Counted from the stretch's first letter, positions 26,633-36,171 are shown. The stretch is DNA of 64,000 nt from Flavobacteriaceae bacterium (GCA_965277255.1 CBDICL010000005.1:28963-92962); one strand, 5' to 3'. Notes: generated by a model not told the origin, from the letters alone. Made by a program: numbers and translations.

Positions 26633-26834
26633 AGAAGAAGCATTAAACAAAATGCATGCAAAACTAATTAATCAAACCAGAAAAGTAAGAGAAGCTGAAG
26701 AGTTTAAAGGTTTTTGGTGGGATGATAGTGCAGATGAAATTGAATCGTCTAAACAAATGTTATTAGATGATGCTATTAAAAATCAAGAAGTATACGAATA
26801 CATATATAAATTAATAAAGAATGACATTAACTGA
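26619..26834 (+). CDS. Hypothetical protein
   Basis: 71 aa, overlapping operon gene. Confidence 0.7.
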   Translation: MQKIKEEALNKMHAKLINQTRKVREAEEFKGFWWDDSADEIESSKQMLLDDAIKNQEVYEYIYKLIKNDIN

Positions 26835-27108
26835 TGGAGACATTGAGCGTATTGCTCAACTAATATTTGAAAAGCTTCTTGAAAAACAAAAAAGCTTTGA
26901 AGAAGAAACTGAACAAGTATATCATATATATGATGAATTAGGTAAAGTTGAAATAGTAAGCGAACAAGAATTTTATGAATATGAATTAGACAGACTAATT
27001 GATTTAGAAAGAAAATATGTAGAAAATGAAGAATTTGAAAAAGCTAATATTATTAAAAATAAAATACGTAAAGTCAAATTGAAAATTAAAAAACAAAATG
27101 GAATCTAA
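26821..27108 (+). CDS. Hypothetical protein with UVR (UvrB/C)-like C-terminal motif
   Basis: YVENEEFEKANIIKNKI. Confidence 0.6.
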   Translation: MTLTDGDIERIAQLIFEKLLEKQKSFEEETEQVYHIYDELGKVEIVSEQEFYEYELDRLIDLERKYVENEEFEKANIIKNKIRKVKLKIKKQNGI

Positions 27109-27301
27109 AAAAATAAAAACAAGATTAATAACTTTAGGCACACCAGATAATTATAACACTATGAATTACAGAGTGTTATGGAAACACAAAGACGGAATTT
27201 ATGCAAATTATAAAGACTTCTCAAATATAAATGAAGCAAAAAAATACGAACAAGAAATACCTAACAATTTAAAATTAAACACATGGATGGACAAACGATA
27301 A
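27098..27301 (+). CDS. Hypothetical protein
   Basis: 67 aa, operon context. Confidence 0.65.
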   Translation: MESKKIKTRLITLGTPDNYNTMNYRVLWKHKDGIYANYKDFSNINEAKKYEQEIPNNLKLNTWMDKR

Positions 27302-27681
27302 CACCAACAATATCTTTAGCAGCTTTAAAACATTTAGTTGAAAAAGAATTAAACATTAAAGACTTAAGCAATAAATGCAGATCAAGAGAATTAGCTCAAG
27401 CAAGATTTGTTTATTTTAAATTAAGCCGTAAATTCTGCCCACTTAGAAGCTTAACAGCTATAGGTAGAGAAGTTAAAAGAGATCATGCTACAGTTATTAA
27501 TGGATTAAAAAAATGGGATGTAGAAATTATATATGACCCATATATGGAGATGGTATATGATAAGATTAGTTCTATATTAACTAATTCATCTATAACAGTT
27601 AGTTCTGGAGAAAACGCAATGACGTTTCAAATATTGGAAGAAAGAATATCTAAACTAGAAGAAAAATTATGCTTCGTTTAA
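27283..27681 (+). CDS. Stand-alone DnaA C-terminal (domain IV) DNA-binding protein
   Basis: RSRELAQARFVYFKLSRK...SLTAIGREVKRDHATVINGLKK matches the DnaA-IV signature (SL..IG..F.RDHTTV). Confidence 0.75.
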   Translation: MDGQTITPTISLAALKHLVEKELNIKDLSNKCRSRELAQARFVYFKLSRKFCPLRSLTAIGREVKRDHATVINGLKKWDVEIIYDPYMEMVYDKISSILTNSSITVSSGENAMTFQILEERISKLEEKLCFV

Positions 27682-28037
27682 TTATGCTATACACACTTGT
27701 TGTATTTATTAATACTGAACAGCAAGTTACAGCTACAATATATCACGCTGTTGAAGGACAAACTGATTCAACACCAGATACGACTGCAAGTATGTTTAAA
27801 ATTGATTTAAACAACCCTAGAGGGCATAATATAATAGCTGTATCAAGAGATCTTGAAAGCTTAGGGTTTACTTTAGGTAGTAAAGTTAAAGTAACAGGAG
27901 CAGGTGATCTTGATGGTATATGGAACATAGAAGATAGAATGAATAAACGTTTTACTAAACGCATTGATTTTCTAGTAAATACAACACGTAAGGGTGGTAA
28001 ATGGGAAAATGTAAAAATTACAAAATGGGAAGAGTAA
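27669..28037 (+). CDS. 3D-domain (MltA-like) peptidoglycan-acting protein
   Basis: VTATIY...QTDSTP..TAS...IIAVSRDL...GSKVKV...IEDRMNKRF..RIDFLV; hydrophobic N-terminus. Confidence 0.75.
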   Translation: MLRLIMLYTLVVFINTEQQVTATIYHAVEGQTDSTPDTTASMFKIDLNNPRGHNIIAVSRDLESLGFTLGSKVKVTGAGDLDGIWNIEDRMNKRFTKRIDFLVNTTRKGGKWENVKITKWEE

Positions 28038-28111
28038 AAGAATTGCTTATGCAATTAAATCAACAGCAATTAAATGATTTAGAAATAACATACGAAGTAA
28101 TTTATCCAGAG

Positions 28112-28158
28112 TATGACGATAGATCGTTATAATATTATAGTAATAAGCTAATGTCGCA
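28112..28158. promoter_or_regulatory. Dyad (operator-like) site, copy 3, overlapping the start codon of the HTH gene
   Basis: TATGACGATAGA-N23-GCTAATGTCGCA; ATG 28151 lies in the right half-site. Confidence 0.65.
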
Positions 28159-28765
28159 TAGAAATACAAAATATCTTGACAATAAAAGAATAGTGTACAG
28201 GAGAAATCCTATAACAGATATACCAACTATATCTTTTGATTGGGGTAATTTTTATGAAGAAGGCACTTATGAATGTTATGAGTTATTTAGAAGCAAAGCC
28301 AAAATAACAACTTATAAGTCACTTAAATGGCATGTCTTAGTATTATGGTATTTAAATCCTCAATTAAATAAAGAGGAATTTGAAGATATAATTTATTTTA
28401 TAACAGATAAGGAAAATGGATTTGTTACATTTTTTACTCCTGAAAAAGTTATAAGGGAAATTATTACCCACGTAATGCTGCATGATTTAGAGGAACCACC
28501 AAAAAATAAACTCAGAAAAATAATCTTTAAAGACAACTCAGGATTACTTATATCCGAAAAGATGTCAATAGTAGGTAAATTGATTGGAAAAATAAAAAAA
28601 GCCGATCATAGTGATATTTACGAAACAATGTTGTACCTTCATGACGGTAATGAAAGGATTACAATAAAAAAGATCGCAAATATATTAGATGTATCTACTA
28701 GAACAATATATCGAAACATGAACGATAAATTGAATAAAGAAAAAGAATTATTAAATGAGTTATGA
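28151..28765 (+). CDS. C-terminal HTH DNA-binding protein (regulator or replication-initiator-like)
   Basis: ITIKKIANILDVSTRTIYRNM helix-turn-helix. Confidence 0.75.
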   Translation: MSHRNTKYLDNKRIVYRRNPITDIPTISFDWGNFYEEGTYECYELFRSKAKITTYKSLKWHVLVLWYLNPQLNKEEFEDIIYFITDKENGFVTFFTPEKVIREIITHVMLHDLEEPPKNKLRKIIFKDNSGLLISEKMSIVGKLIGKIKKADHSDIYETMLYLHDGNERITIKKIANILDVSTRTIYRNMNDKLNKEKELLNEL

Positions 28766-29526
28766 AAAAATATAATATACAGAACTATGTAAGATATAAG
28801 GAAGATGTATTAAATTCAATAAGGTTAATAGAAAATAAACAATTGAATGAATATACTAGAGATGAGCTTATAATAACATTTTTGCCATTAGTTGAGAATA
28901 TTGCAAGAAAATTTGCTACTTCACAACAAGCTTCAGGCGTTATGGATATTACTGATTTAATTCAAGAAGGTTCAAAAGGTTTAATAAATGCTGCTGATAA
29001 AATAATATGGGAAACCATTACAGAATCAACGGACCCAGAGAAAACTATTAAATCATTTTTATCAAAAAGAATTAAAGGTGCAATTAGAAGAGCTATAGAT
29101 ATAAATAGAGGAGATATAAGAATACCGGAACATAAGTTAAATGAAATAAGAAAAGATAACGGTAAGAATGAAAAAATGGTTTCAATGTTTTTTAATTCTA
29201 TTTTTTTAAGTATTGAAGAACAAGCTAGTTCATTAGATGATGAAAATATGGTTTATCAAATACCAGATCAAGCTGAACCGTATAATATTAATTTAATGAA
29301 TAAATATTTAGAAGGCTTACTGAAAAAACATTTAAATAAAAAAGAGTTTGAAGTATTAAGATTATCTTACGGATTAGATTGCGATAAACATTCAGCTAAT
29401 GAAATTGCTGAAATATTAAACATTGATGGCCCTAGTGCATACGTAAGAATATCAGAGTTAAAAAAGCAAGCAATAAATAAATTAATAGAAAATGTAGATG
29501 CAGGCCAAGTGCTTGATTTCCTGTAG
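28762..29526 (+). CDS. Phage-encoded sigma-70 family RNA polymerase sigma factor
   Basis: Region 2 FLPLVENIARKF...DLIQEGSKGL; region 3 IRIPEHKL; region 4 LNKKEFEVLRLSYGL...EIAEIL...RISELKKQAINKL. Confidence 0.9.
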   Translation: MKKYNIQNYVRYKEDVLNSIRLIENKQLNEYTRDELIITFLPLVENIARKFATSQQASGVMDITDLIQEGSKGLINAADKIIWETITESTDPEKTIKSFLSKRIKGAIRRAIDINRGDIRIPEHKLNEIRKDNGKNEKMVSMFFNSIFLSIEEQASSLDDENMVYQIPDQAEPYNINLMNKYLEGLLKKHLNKKEFEVLRLSYGLDCDKHSANEIAEILNIDGPSAYVRISELKKQAINKLIENVDAGQVLDFL

Positions 29527-29579
29527 GTTACATAGTAATAAACAAGTAAATTTTAACCTTAACATGTAATATATATATT

Positions 29580-30140
29580 ATGAGTATTAAACAAAAACTA
29601 AGTTCAATTCAACAAGATTTTAAAGCAAAAAAATCTCGTTACAACTCATTCGGTAAGTACAACTTTAGATCTGCCGAGGACATTCTGGAAGCATTAAAAC
29701 CTATGAATAAAAAGCATGGAGTTTATTTTACGATTAGCGAAGAGCTAATTGCAAGTGATCCTATGCCTATTATTAAAAGTACGGCTAAAATAGTTGATGC
29801 TAAAGATGGTGATTCTATTCAAGCTGAAGCAATTGTTGGTGTAGATTTAAATCAAAAAGGTATGCAAGTACCTCAACAGTTTGGTTCTGCGTCTAGTTAT
29901 GCTAAAAAATATTCATTAGGTAATTTATTACTTATTGATGATACGGCTGATTCTGATGCAACAAATACTGGAGGCAACCAACCTAAAAGTAATTTAGTTA
30001 GAAATACGGCTAAACCTGAAATTAATATGGATAACATTGAACAAGCTAAGAAATTTTTAGCAAGTGGAGGTTCTATAGAAACATTGCATGAAAAATACAC
30101 TATTAGCCCAACTATGTTGAAAATATTAAAAAATGGATAA
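29580..30140 (+). CDS. ERF-family ssDNA annealing protein
   Basis: YNSFGKYNFRSAEDILEALKP...QQFGSASSYAKKYSLGNLLLIDD..DSD. Confidence 0.88.
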   Translation: MSIKQKLSSIQQDFKAKKSRYNSFGKYNFRSAEDILEALKPMNKKHGVYFTISEELIASDPMPIIKSTAKIVDAKDGDSIQAEAIVGVDLNQKGMQVPQQFGSASSYAKKYSLGNLLLIDDTADSDATNTGGNQPKSNLVRNTAKPEINMDNIEQAKKFLASGGSIETLHEKYTISPTMLKILKNG

Positions 30141-30864
30141 AAATAAAATTTTAAAAAAATTACAAGAAGATGAGCATTACTATGGAGAATTTGGTAGGCA
30201 ATATTTAAGTAATTCTGATATAATGGCATTACTTAATAATCCTTTGGATTTTAAAAAGCCATCACAAGCATCCTCAGCTTTTTTAATTGGAGGATATTTT
30301 CACACTTGTATATTAGAACCAGATAAATTAAAAAAATATAAAGTTGTTCAATCATCAAATAGAAATACTAAAGTATATAAAGAAATATCTGAAGGAGAAT
30401 TATGTTTGTTACAACATGAAGTAGATATGGTTGAAATGCTTAGAGATAAAATGTTTGATAATCAAATTTGTAAAGACTTTATACAAAATCCAAATAATGA
30501 TTATGAAGTACCAGGTATTGTTGAATTACAAGGCAATATGTGGAAAGGTAAAGCTGATATTATTAATCATGATGAAAAGTTAATTATAGATTTAAAAACT
30601 ACAAATGATATATCAAAATTTAAATGGAGTGCATCTAAATATAATTATGATAGTCAGGCTTACATTTATAGAAAAATGTTTGGATATGATTTTTTATTTA
30701 TAGTTGTAGATAAAAATACACAACAAATTGGTATCTTTGATTGTTCAGACAGATTTTACGAATCAGGAGCTGATAAAGTAGTGAGAGCTACAGAGGCTTA
30801 TGAATTATTTTATAAAACCGAAGGATTTGACCCTTCACAATATTTTTTAACTAAAACCCTTTAA
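30133..30864 (+). CDS. PD-(D/E)XK exonuclease (RecE/ExoVIII-like)
   Basis: YLSNSDI...GGYFHTCILEP...KGKADI...IIDLKTT...Y..QAYIY. Confidence 0.85.
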   Translation: MDKNKILKKLQEDEHYYGEFGRQYLSNSDIMALLNNPLDFKKPSQASSAFLIGGYFHTCILEPDKLKKYKVVQSSNRNTKVYKEISEGELCLLQHEVDMVEMLRDKMFDNQICKDFIQNPNNDYEVPGIVELQGNMWKGKADIINHDEKLIIDLKTTNDISKFKWSASKYNYDSQAYIYRKMFGYDFLFIVVDKNTQQIGIFDCSDRFYESGADKVVRATEAYELFYKTEGFDPSQYFLTKTL

Positions 30865-30866
30865 CA

Positions 30867-31187
30867 ATGGCAGGAATATTAAAAGGAAGCATTAACTTAA
30901 GTGCAATTCCAAAAGACAAGATTATCGCAGGTAAGAAAGGACAATACCTTCCGGTAACAATTACTTTTAACGATGAAATAGATCAATTTGGCAATCAAGG
31001 CCCTATTATCGTTGAACAAACTAAAGAAGAAAGAGATGCTAAAGCACCTAAAACTTACTTAGGAAACATTAAAATTGTTTGGACTAATGGTCAAGTTGAA
31101 GCGGCACCTAGACAAGATCAAGGTATGCAACAACAAATTAACGCAGCTGTACCACAACCACCATCAACACCAGATTTACCATTTTAA
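30867..31187 (+). CDS. Probable single-stranded DNA-binding protein
   Basis: OB-like KKGQYL.VTI...YLGN core, Q/P-rich linker and C-terminal DLPF tail; lies between exonuclease and primase. Confidence 0.65.
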   Translation: MAGILKGSINLSAIPKDKIIAGKKGQYLPVTITFNDEIDQFGNQGPIIVEQTKEERDAKAPKTYLGNIKIVWTNGQVEAAPRQDQGMQQQINAAVPQPPSTPDLPF

Positions 31188-31197
31188 ATTAAATTAA

Positions 31198-32907
31198 ATG
31201 AACACAACGGAGATCAATGGATTTTTGATTGATAAATTCAATCAACATGATCTACCAGAAGGCAAAACGCAGGGGATTTGTCCCCTGTGTTCTTTTGATA
31301 GAAAACCTGAACACAAGAAGGCAAAATGTGCTTCTTATGATTGGGAACGTGGTCTTGGTACTTGTCATAATTGCAACAAAACATTTCAACTACATTCATA
31401 TCAGCGTAAAGGCTCATCTGAAAAAATATATATTCGTCCAACAACGCCTATAATATTACCAGATATAAGCACTAACGTTGAAAAATGGTTTGAAGGTAGA
31501 GGTATATCTAAAGATACTCTTAAAGAACTTAAAGTTACTGAAGGATCTGAATTTATGCCACAAACCGGAAAATCTGAAAATGCTATTCACTTTAATTATT
31601 TTATAGGAGACCAATTAATAAACGTCAAATATAGAGACGGCCGCAAAAACTTTAAATTATATAAAGGAGCGGAAAAAGTATTTTACAACATAAATAGTGT
31701 TGTTGGATATGAGTATTGTGTTATAGTAGAAGGTGAGATGGATGTGCTAAGTCTGCATGAAGCGGGAGTATCAAACGCCATATCAGTACCAAATGGGGCT
31801 ACATTAACATCTAACAATTTAGATTATCTTGACAATTGTATTGAATATTTAATTGACAAAGAGAAAATAATTATAGCTGTAGACAATGATGACGCAGGGC
31901 AAGCGTTACAACAAGAGCTTGTTAGAAGATTAGGAGCTGAGGTATGTTATATATCTACATTTGAAGATTGTAAAGATGCAAATGAATATTTATTAAAGTA
32001 TGGAAAAGAAAAATTGGTTCAGCGTATTACCGCAGCAAAGCCCGTTCCCCTCGAAAACGTTACCACGTTTAGAGATATTGAAGCGGAAATTACTGACTTT
32101 GTTGAAAATGGCTTTAAGCCCGGTTTCCAAATTGGATTACCTAATTTCGATAGCATTTTCAGCACTTACACTGGTCAGTTTATTACTGTTACTGGTATTC
32201 CTTCTAGTGGGAAGTCCGATTTTGTTGATCAAATGGTTATTGGATATAACATAAATTATCAATGGAAAACAGCTTTTGCTTCTCCTGAAAATGCACCAAC
32301 ATATTTGCATGCTCATAAATTAATGAGAAAAGTGTGGCAAGACATGCCATCTAAAAAGGATATTGGTACAGATAAATGGAATCAAGTAGCAGAACATATT
32401 AATGATAATTTTTTTTTTATTGATATGGATAAATACAGTTTAGAGGCTGTATTACGTAAAGGTGCTGAGTTGGTAAAGCGCAAAGGAATTAAATGTTTAG
32501 TTATAGACCCTTTTAATAAAGTAAGATCAAATGATGCTTCTGGTGATGTTAATGTATATACTCTTGACTACTTATCTAAAATAGAGATATTCGCAAAAAA
32601 ATATGACGTTTTAGTTATTGTGGTTGCACACCCTACTAAAATGTATAAAGATGCTAATGGGCGGATTGAAGAGCCCACAATGTATAATATTAAAGGTGGA
32701 GGTGAATGGTATGATGCCAGCTACCATGGCATATTAGTTCACAGAGACTATGAGCAAAGAACTGTTAAAGCTAAAATATTGAAAGTCAAATTTCAAAACC
32801 TTGGCGAAAATGGTGCTGAAGCTCATTTTAAATGGGAACCAAAATCAGGTTGCTTTATACCACACGAGCCTTTAGATTTAACTGAGGAAAAAATGCCTTG
32901 GGAATAA
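31198..32907 (+). CDS. Bifunctional primase-helicase (T7 gp4/Twinkle-like)
   Basis: Zn finger CPLC/CHNC; Toprim VEGEMD and DNDDAG; Walker A GIPSSGKS; VIDPFN; VVAHP. Confidence 0.93.
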   Translation: MNTTEINGFLIDKFNQHDLPEGKTQGICPLCSFDRKPEHKKAKCASYDWERGLGTCHNCNKTFQLHSYQRKGSSEKIYIRPTTPIILPDISTNVEKWFEGRGISKDTLKELKVTEGSEFMPQTGKSENAIHFNYFIGDQLINVKYRDGRKNFKLYKGAEKVFYNINSVVGYEYCVIVEGEMDVLSLHEAGVSNAISVPNGATLTSNNLDYLDNCIEYLIDKEKIIIAVDNDDAGQALQQELVRRLGAEVCYISTFEDCKDANEYLLKYGKEKLVQRITAAKPVPLENVTTFRDIEAEITDFVENGFKPGFQIGLPNFDSIFSTYTGQFITVTGIPSSGKSDFVDQMVIGYNINYQWKTAFASPENAPTYLHAHKLMRKVWQDMPSKKDIGTDKWNQVAEHINDNFFFIDMDKYSLEAVLRKGAELVKRKGIKCLVIDPFNKVRSNDASGDVNVYTLDYLSKIEIFAKKYDVLVIVVAHPTKMYKDANGRIEEPTMYNIKGGGEWYDASYHGILVHRDYEQRTVKAKILKVKFQNLGENGAEAHFKWEPKSGCFIPHEPLDLTEEKMPWE

Positions 32908-33165
32908 ATGGCTAAAAAAAAAGAAACAATTTGGATGCCAGAATATATGACTTCTAAGAATGAAAATGAATGGTATGCTTGGGGAGTTAACAATAATATT
33001 AGAATTTCACCTAAGCCAGCGACTCAGGGCCCAAACCCTAAAGAATGGTATTTAGAGGTTTTTAATAATGGTAGATGGTATAAGTCTCCTAATGTTTATG
33101 GACCAAAAGAAATATGGTATGAATTTTATTTAATGTATAAATTTTATTATGATAAATATAGATGA
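32908..33165 (+). CDS. Hypothetical protein
   Basis: 85 aa, aromatic-rich. Confidence 0.7.
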   Translation: MAKKKETIWMPEYMTSKNENEWYAWGVNNNIRISPKPATQGPNPKEWYLEVFNNGRWYKSPNVYGPKEIWYEFYLMYKFYYDKYR

Positions 33166-33976
33166 AGAATATAGAGGATTACTCTCTGGAGTATTTCACG
33201 CAGGCAAAGACAAAGAAGACCGCACAGGTACTGGCACAAGATCAGTATTTGGTAGAACTATAAGACATGATATGCGTGCGGGTTTTCCATTATTAACAAC
33301 TAAAAAAATATATTTTAAAAATGCAGTTACGGAATTATTATGGATCTTACAAGGTCGCACAGATATGCAATATTTGCATAATCACAATCTCACTTATTGG
33401 GATGCAGACTATACCAGAAGCGGTAGAACTGACGGAACACTTGGTAAAGTTTACGGTTATCAGTGGAGAAATAGTAATGGCGTTGATCAGCTTTATAATT
33501 TACTTCAAGAAATCACATCTAACCCGTCTTCAAGAAGACTTATGGTTAATTCGTGGAACCCTGGTGACCTCAATGATATGGCACTCCCTCCTTGTCATTA
33601 CAGCTTTCAAGTTTATATAAATGATGGTAAACTAGATTTAATGTGGCAACAAAGATCAGTAGACATATTTTTAGGCTTACCTTACGATATAGCTATGTAT
33701 GGATTATTATTATTGATGCTAGCTAAAGGGTTTAACTACGAGCCTGGAACTTTAATTGGTCAATTAGGTGATTGTCATTTATATAATAATCATTTAGATC
33801 AAGCGAGCTTGCAATTAGCAAGAGAACCTAAAAAACTCCCAACAGTAGATGTTGACTTTGGCTTAAAATTAGTTAAAGGTGCAGGAGATTTTGTTTTTAT
33901 ACCAACACATAATATGATTAAATTAAATAACTATGAATCACACAAAGCAATCAAAGCCCCACTCTCAGTCGGATGA
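33149..33976 (+). CDS. thyA: Thymidylate synthase
   Basis: DRTGTGT, FPLLTTKK, ELLW, SRRL, MALPPCH, QRSVDIFLGLPYDI, GDCHLYNNH. Confidence 0.97.
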   Translation: MINIDEEYRGLLSGVFHAGKDKEDRTGTGTRSVFGRTIRHDMRAGFPLLTTKKIYFKNAVTELLWILQGRTDMQYLHNHNLTYWDADYTRSGRTDGTLGKVYGYQWRNSNGVDQLYNLLQEITSNPSSRRLMVNSWNPGDLNDMALPPCHYSFQVYINDGKLDLMWQQRSVDIFLGLPYDIAMYGLLLLMLAKGFNYEPGTLIGQLGDCHLYNNHLDQASLQLAREPKKLPTVDVDFGLKLVKGAGDFVFIPTHNMIKLNNYESHKAIKAPLSVG

Positions 33977-34061
33977 CATTTGGTTTAAAAAAACCAATTA
34001 TCCAGGAGAATGGCTAAGTAAAAAAAGCAAAGATATAATTAACCAAATAAACCAGAAAAAC

Positions 34062-34484
34062 ATGAAAAATTTATTATTTACATTATTATTATTATTTCCT
34101 TTAATGTCCTTTGGGCAATTAGATCATAAAAGAGCCTTAACATTTCAAAACGATATTAGGTCTTTTCATGATTTAAATAAATTAAAATACGATAATTCAT
34201 TAGCAGAATCCGCTAAAGTATGGGCAATATATTTAGCTGAAACAAATAAATTTGAATTTAGCGATGATGATAAAGGAGAATTAATTTATTATTATAAAAA
34301 AAGAGAAAATATAAAAATTGAAGATTACTTATTAGATGCATCTATAGGTTGGGCAATAAGATATAATGAGGAAGAAACATTCAAACAAATAATTTGTGAA
34401 GATTGTGAGTACATTGGATTTGGTATTGCAGAGAATATTGACTATATTTACGTAGTCGCTAGATACAATAAACTTTATAATTAA
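34062..34484 (+). CDS. Secreted CAP/SCP-like domain protein
   Basis: Likely start MKNLLFTLLLLFPLMSFG (signal peptide); QNDIRSFH..LKYDNSLAESAKVWA..LA...IGFGIA...VVARY. Confidence 0.65.
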   Translation: MKNLLFTLLLLFPLMSFGQLDHKRALTFQNDIRSFHDLNKLKYDNSLAESAKVWAIYLAETNKFEFSDDDKGELIYYYKKRENIKIEDYLLDASIGWAIRYNEEETFKQIICEDCEYIGFGIAENIDYIYVVARYNKLYN

Positions 34485-34485
34485 T

Positions 34486-35238
34486 ATGTATTATATTTAT
34501 CACATATTCGGTAAAAAAATAGGAGTCGCACGTAATTTAAAAAGTAGAGTTACGCTTGCGCAGGGCTATAAGCCTAATGAATATGAAGTTCTTGATTCTT
34601 CTGATGATATAGATTATATATCTCACAAGGAAATAGAACTTCAAAAGTCTTATGGCTATAGAGTAGATAGAAAATTATATAAAAATTTATTTAAGAAAAT
34701 GAAAATTAATGCTACAGAACAAACGTCAACTTTTCCATACTCTATCGTAGAGTTAAAAGCTAATTTAGATAGTGATATTGGATTTAAATGGGAAACATCA
34801 TTAGGTGAATTTGAATTAACAAAAGAATCTGTTAATTGGATAAAAGCTAATGCTAAAAAATCAATGTATAATGATAACCGTACGTACATTTATAATAAAG
34901 CTTTTTATGAAGCTTTTTTGGCAGAACCACTATATGACAAAGAAAACATATTTGGACTCATTAGAGGGTGGGCACAAGAACGTGGTTTATATGATAAGGG
35001 AGATTTTAAAACTCAATATATAAAACTTATGGAAGAGTCAGGTGAATTAGCTCAAGCTATATTAAAAAATGACGAACCAGAAGTTATTGATGCTATAGGA
35101 GATATGGTTGTTGTATTAACTAATTTAGCTAAGTTACGAGGACACAATATTGAAGATTGTATTCAGTCTGCTTATGACGAAATATCTAATCGTAAAGGCA
35201 AGATGGTTAATGGTACATTTGTAAAAAATACGCTATGA
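34486..35238 (+). CDS. MazG-like nucleotide pyrophosphohydrolase with N-terminal extension
   Basis: C-terminal KLMEESGELAQA...DAIGDMVVVL.NLA...CIQSAYDEISNRKG; N-terminal YYIYHI..KIG pattern. Confidence 0.85.
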   Translation: MYYIYHIFGKKIGVARNLKSRVTLAQGYKPNEYEVLDSSDDIDYISHKEIELQKSYGYRVDRKLYKNLFKKMKINATEQTSTFPYSIVELKANLDSDIGFKWETSLGEFELTKESVNWIKANAKKSMYNDNRTYIYNKAFYEAFLAEPLYDKENIFGLIRGWAQERGLYDKGDFKTQYIKLMEESGELAQAILKNDEPEVIDAIGDMVVVLTNLAKLRGHNIEDCIQSAYDEISNRKGKMVNGTFVKNTL

Positions 35239-35465
35239 GAGATAAAGTAATACAAGATGTAGTTGAAAAGTTTCAACAACGCTCAGATGTTGGTTATAAA
35301 AAATATGGTGTTACTCTTCATGATGATGAACCTAATTTGCATAAATGGCTTAATCATTTGCAAGAAGAATTAATGGATGCAGTTAATTATATTCAGAAGC
35401 TCAAGATGGAATCTACTACAGCTTTAGAAGAGAAGCTATTAAAAGACTTTGAAGAAGATGCTTAA
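35235..35465 (+). CDS. Small all-alpha NTP-PPase-like protein
   Basis: GYKKYGVTL...WLNHLQEELMDAVNY (EExxD motif). Confidence 0.55.
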   Translation: MRDKVIQDVVEKFQQRSDVGYKKYGVTLHDDEPNLHKWLNHLQEELMDAVNYIQKLKMESTTALEEKLLKDFEEDA

Positions 35466-35916
35466 TAGAAATAGAAAAGGAAGAAGAAAAAGGGGTCCTG
35501 TTAGAGCTAAAAAAGTTAGCTTTGACGGGATTGACTTTGCTTCAGGCTTAGAAAAGTATATGTATATTGCTTTAAAAAAAGCAAAGATTAAAAATAAATA
35601 TGAAGGTGAAACGTTTGTTTTAATTAATGGATTTCATTTTGAAAATGAATCTTATGAAAGACAAGCTAATGGCAAAGGGGAATTAATTAATAGAGGTAGT
35701 AAAAGAATATTACCTATTAAGTATACACCTGATTTTATTGGTGAAGATTTTATAATAGAAACAAAAGGTAGAGCTAATGAATCTTTCCCAATTAGGTGGA
35801 AACTGTTTAAAAAATTAGTTACTGAGCAATTTCCACAGTATACTTTATATAAACCACAAAATCAAAAAGAATGCGACAGAGTAGTAGAAATAATCCTGAG
35901 CAAGAAAAAAAAGTAG
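35449..35916 (+). CDS. T7 endonuclease I-like Holliday junction resolvase
   Basis: FASGLE...KYEG...YTPDF...IIETKG. Confidence 0.85.
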   Translation: MKKMLNRNRKGRRKRGPVRAKKVSFDGIDFASGLEKYMYIALKKAKIKNKYEGETFVLINGFHFENESYERQANGKGELINRGSKRILPIKYTPDFIGEDFIIETKGRANESFPIRWKLFKKLVTEQFPQYTLYKPQNQKECDRVVEIILSKKKK

Positions 35917-36044
35917 CTCGGCTTAGATATGCTGAAAGGCAGATTGAAAAATGGATTAAGTGGTCTATCCAAAATAGAGGATATGTAAAATACAAAGAAA
36001 TAGTTGAAATACATGATAAATATAATATAAAATGCTATGGCTAA
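35871..36044 (+). CDS. 57-aa protein
   Basis: MRQSS...YAERQIEKWIKWSIQNRGYVKYKEIVEIHDKYNIKCYG. Confidence 0.5.
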   Translation: MRQSSRNNPEQEKKVARLRYAERQIEKWIKWSIQNRGYVKYKEIVEIHDKYNIKCYG

Positions 36045-36171
36045 AGTAATATCAAATAATTATAAAGGTAATCCAAAAGTTAAAAGACCAGGAGTACATG
36101 CTAAATCTAAAACCTCTAACTTAAAAACAAGTAAAAATTATACTAAACAATATAAAGGACAAGGAAGATGA
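36037..36171 (+). CDS. 44-aa basic peptide
   Basis: MAKVISNNYKGNPKVKRPGVHAKSK...YKGQGR. Confidence 0.65.
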   Translation: MAKVISNNYKGNPKVKRPGVHAKSKTSNLKTSKNYTKQYKGQGR

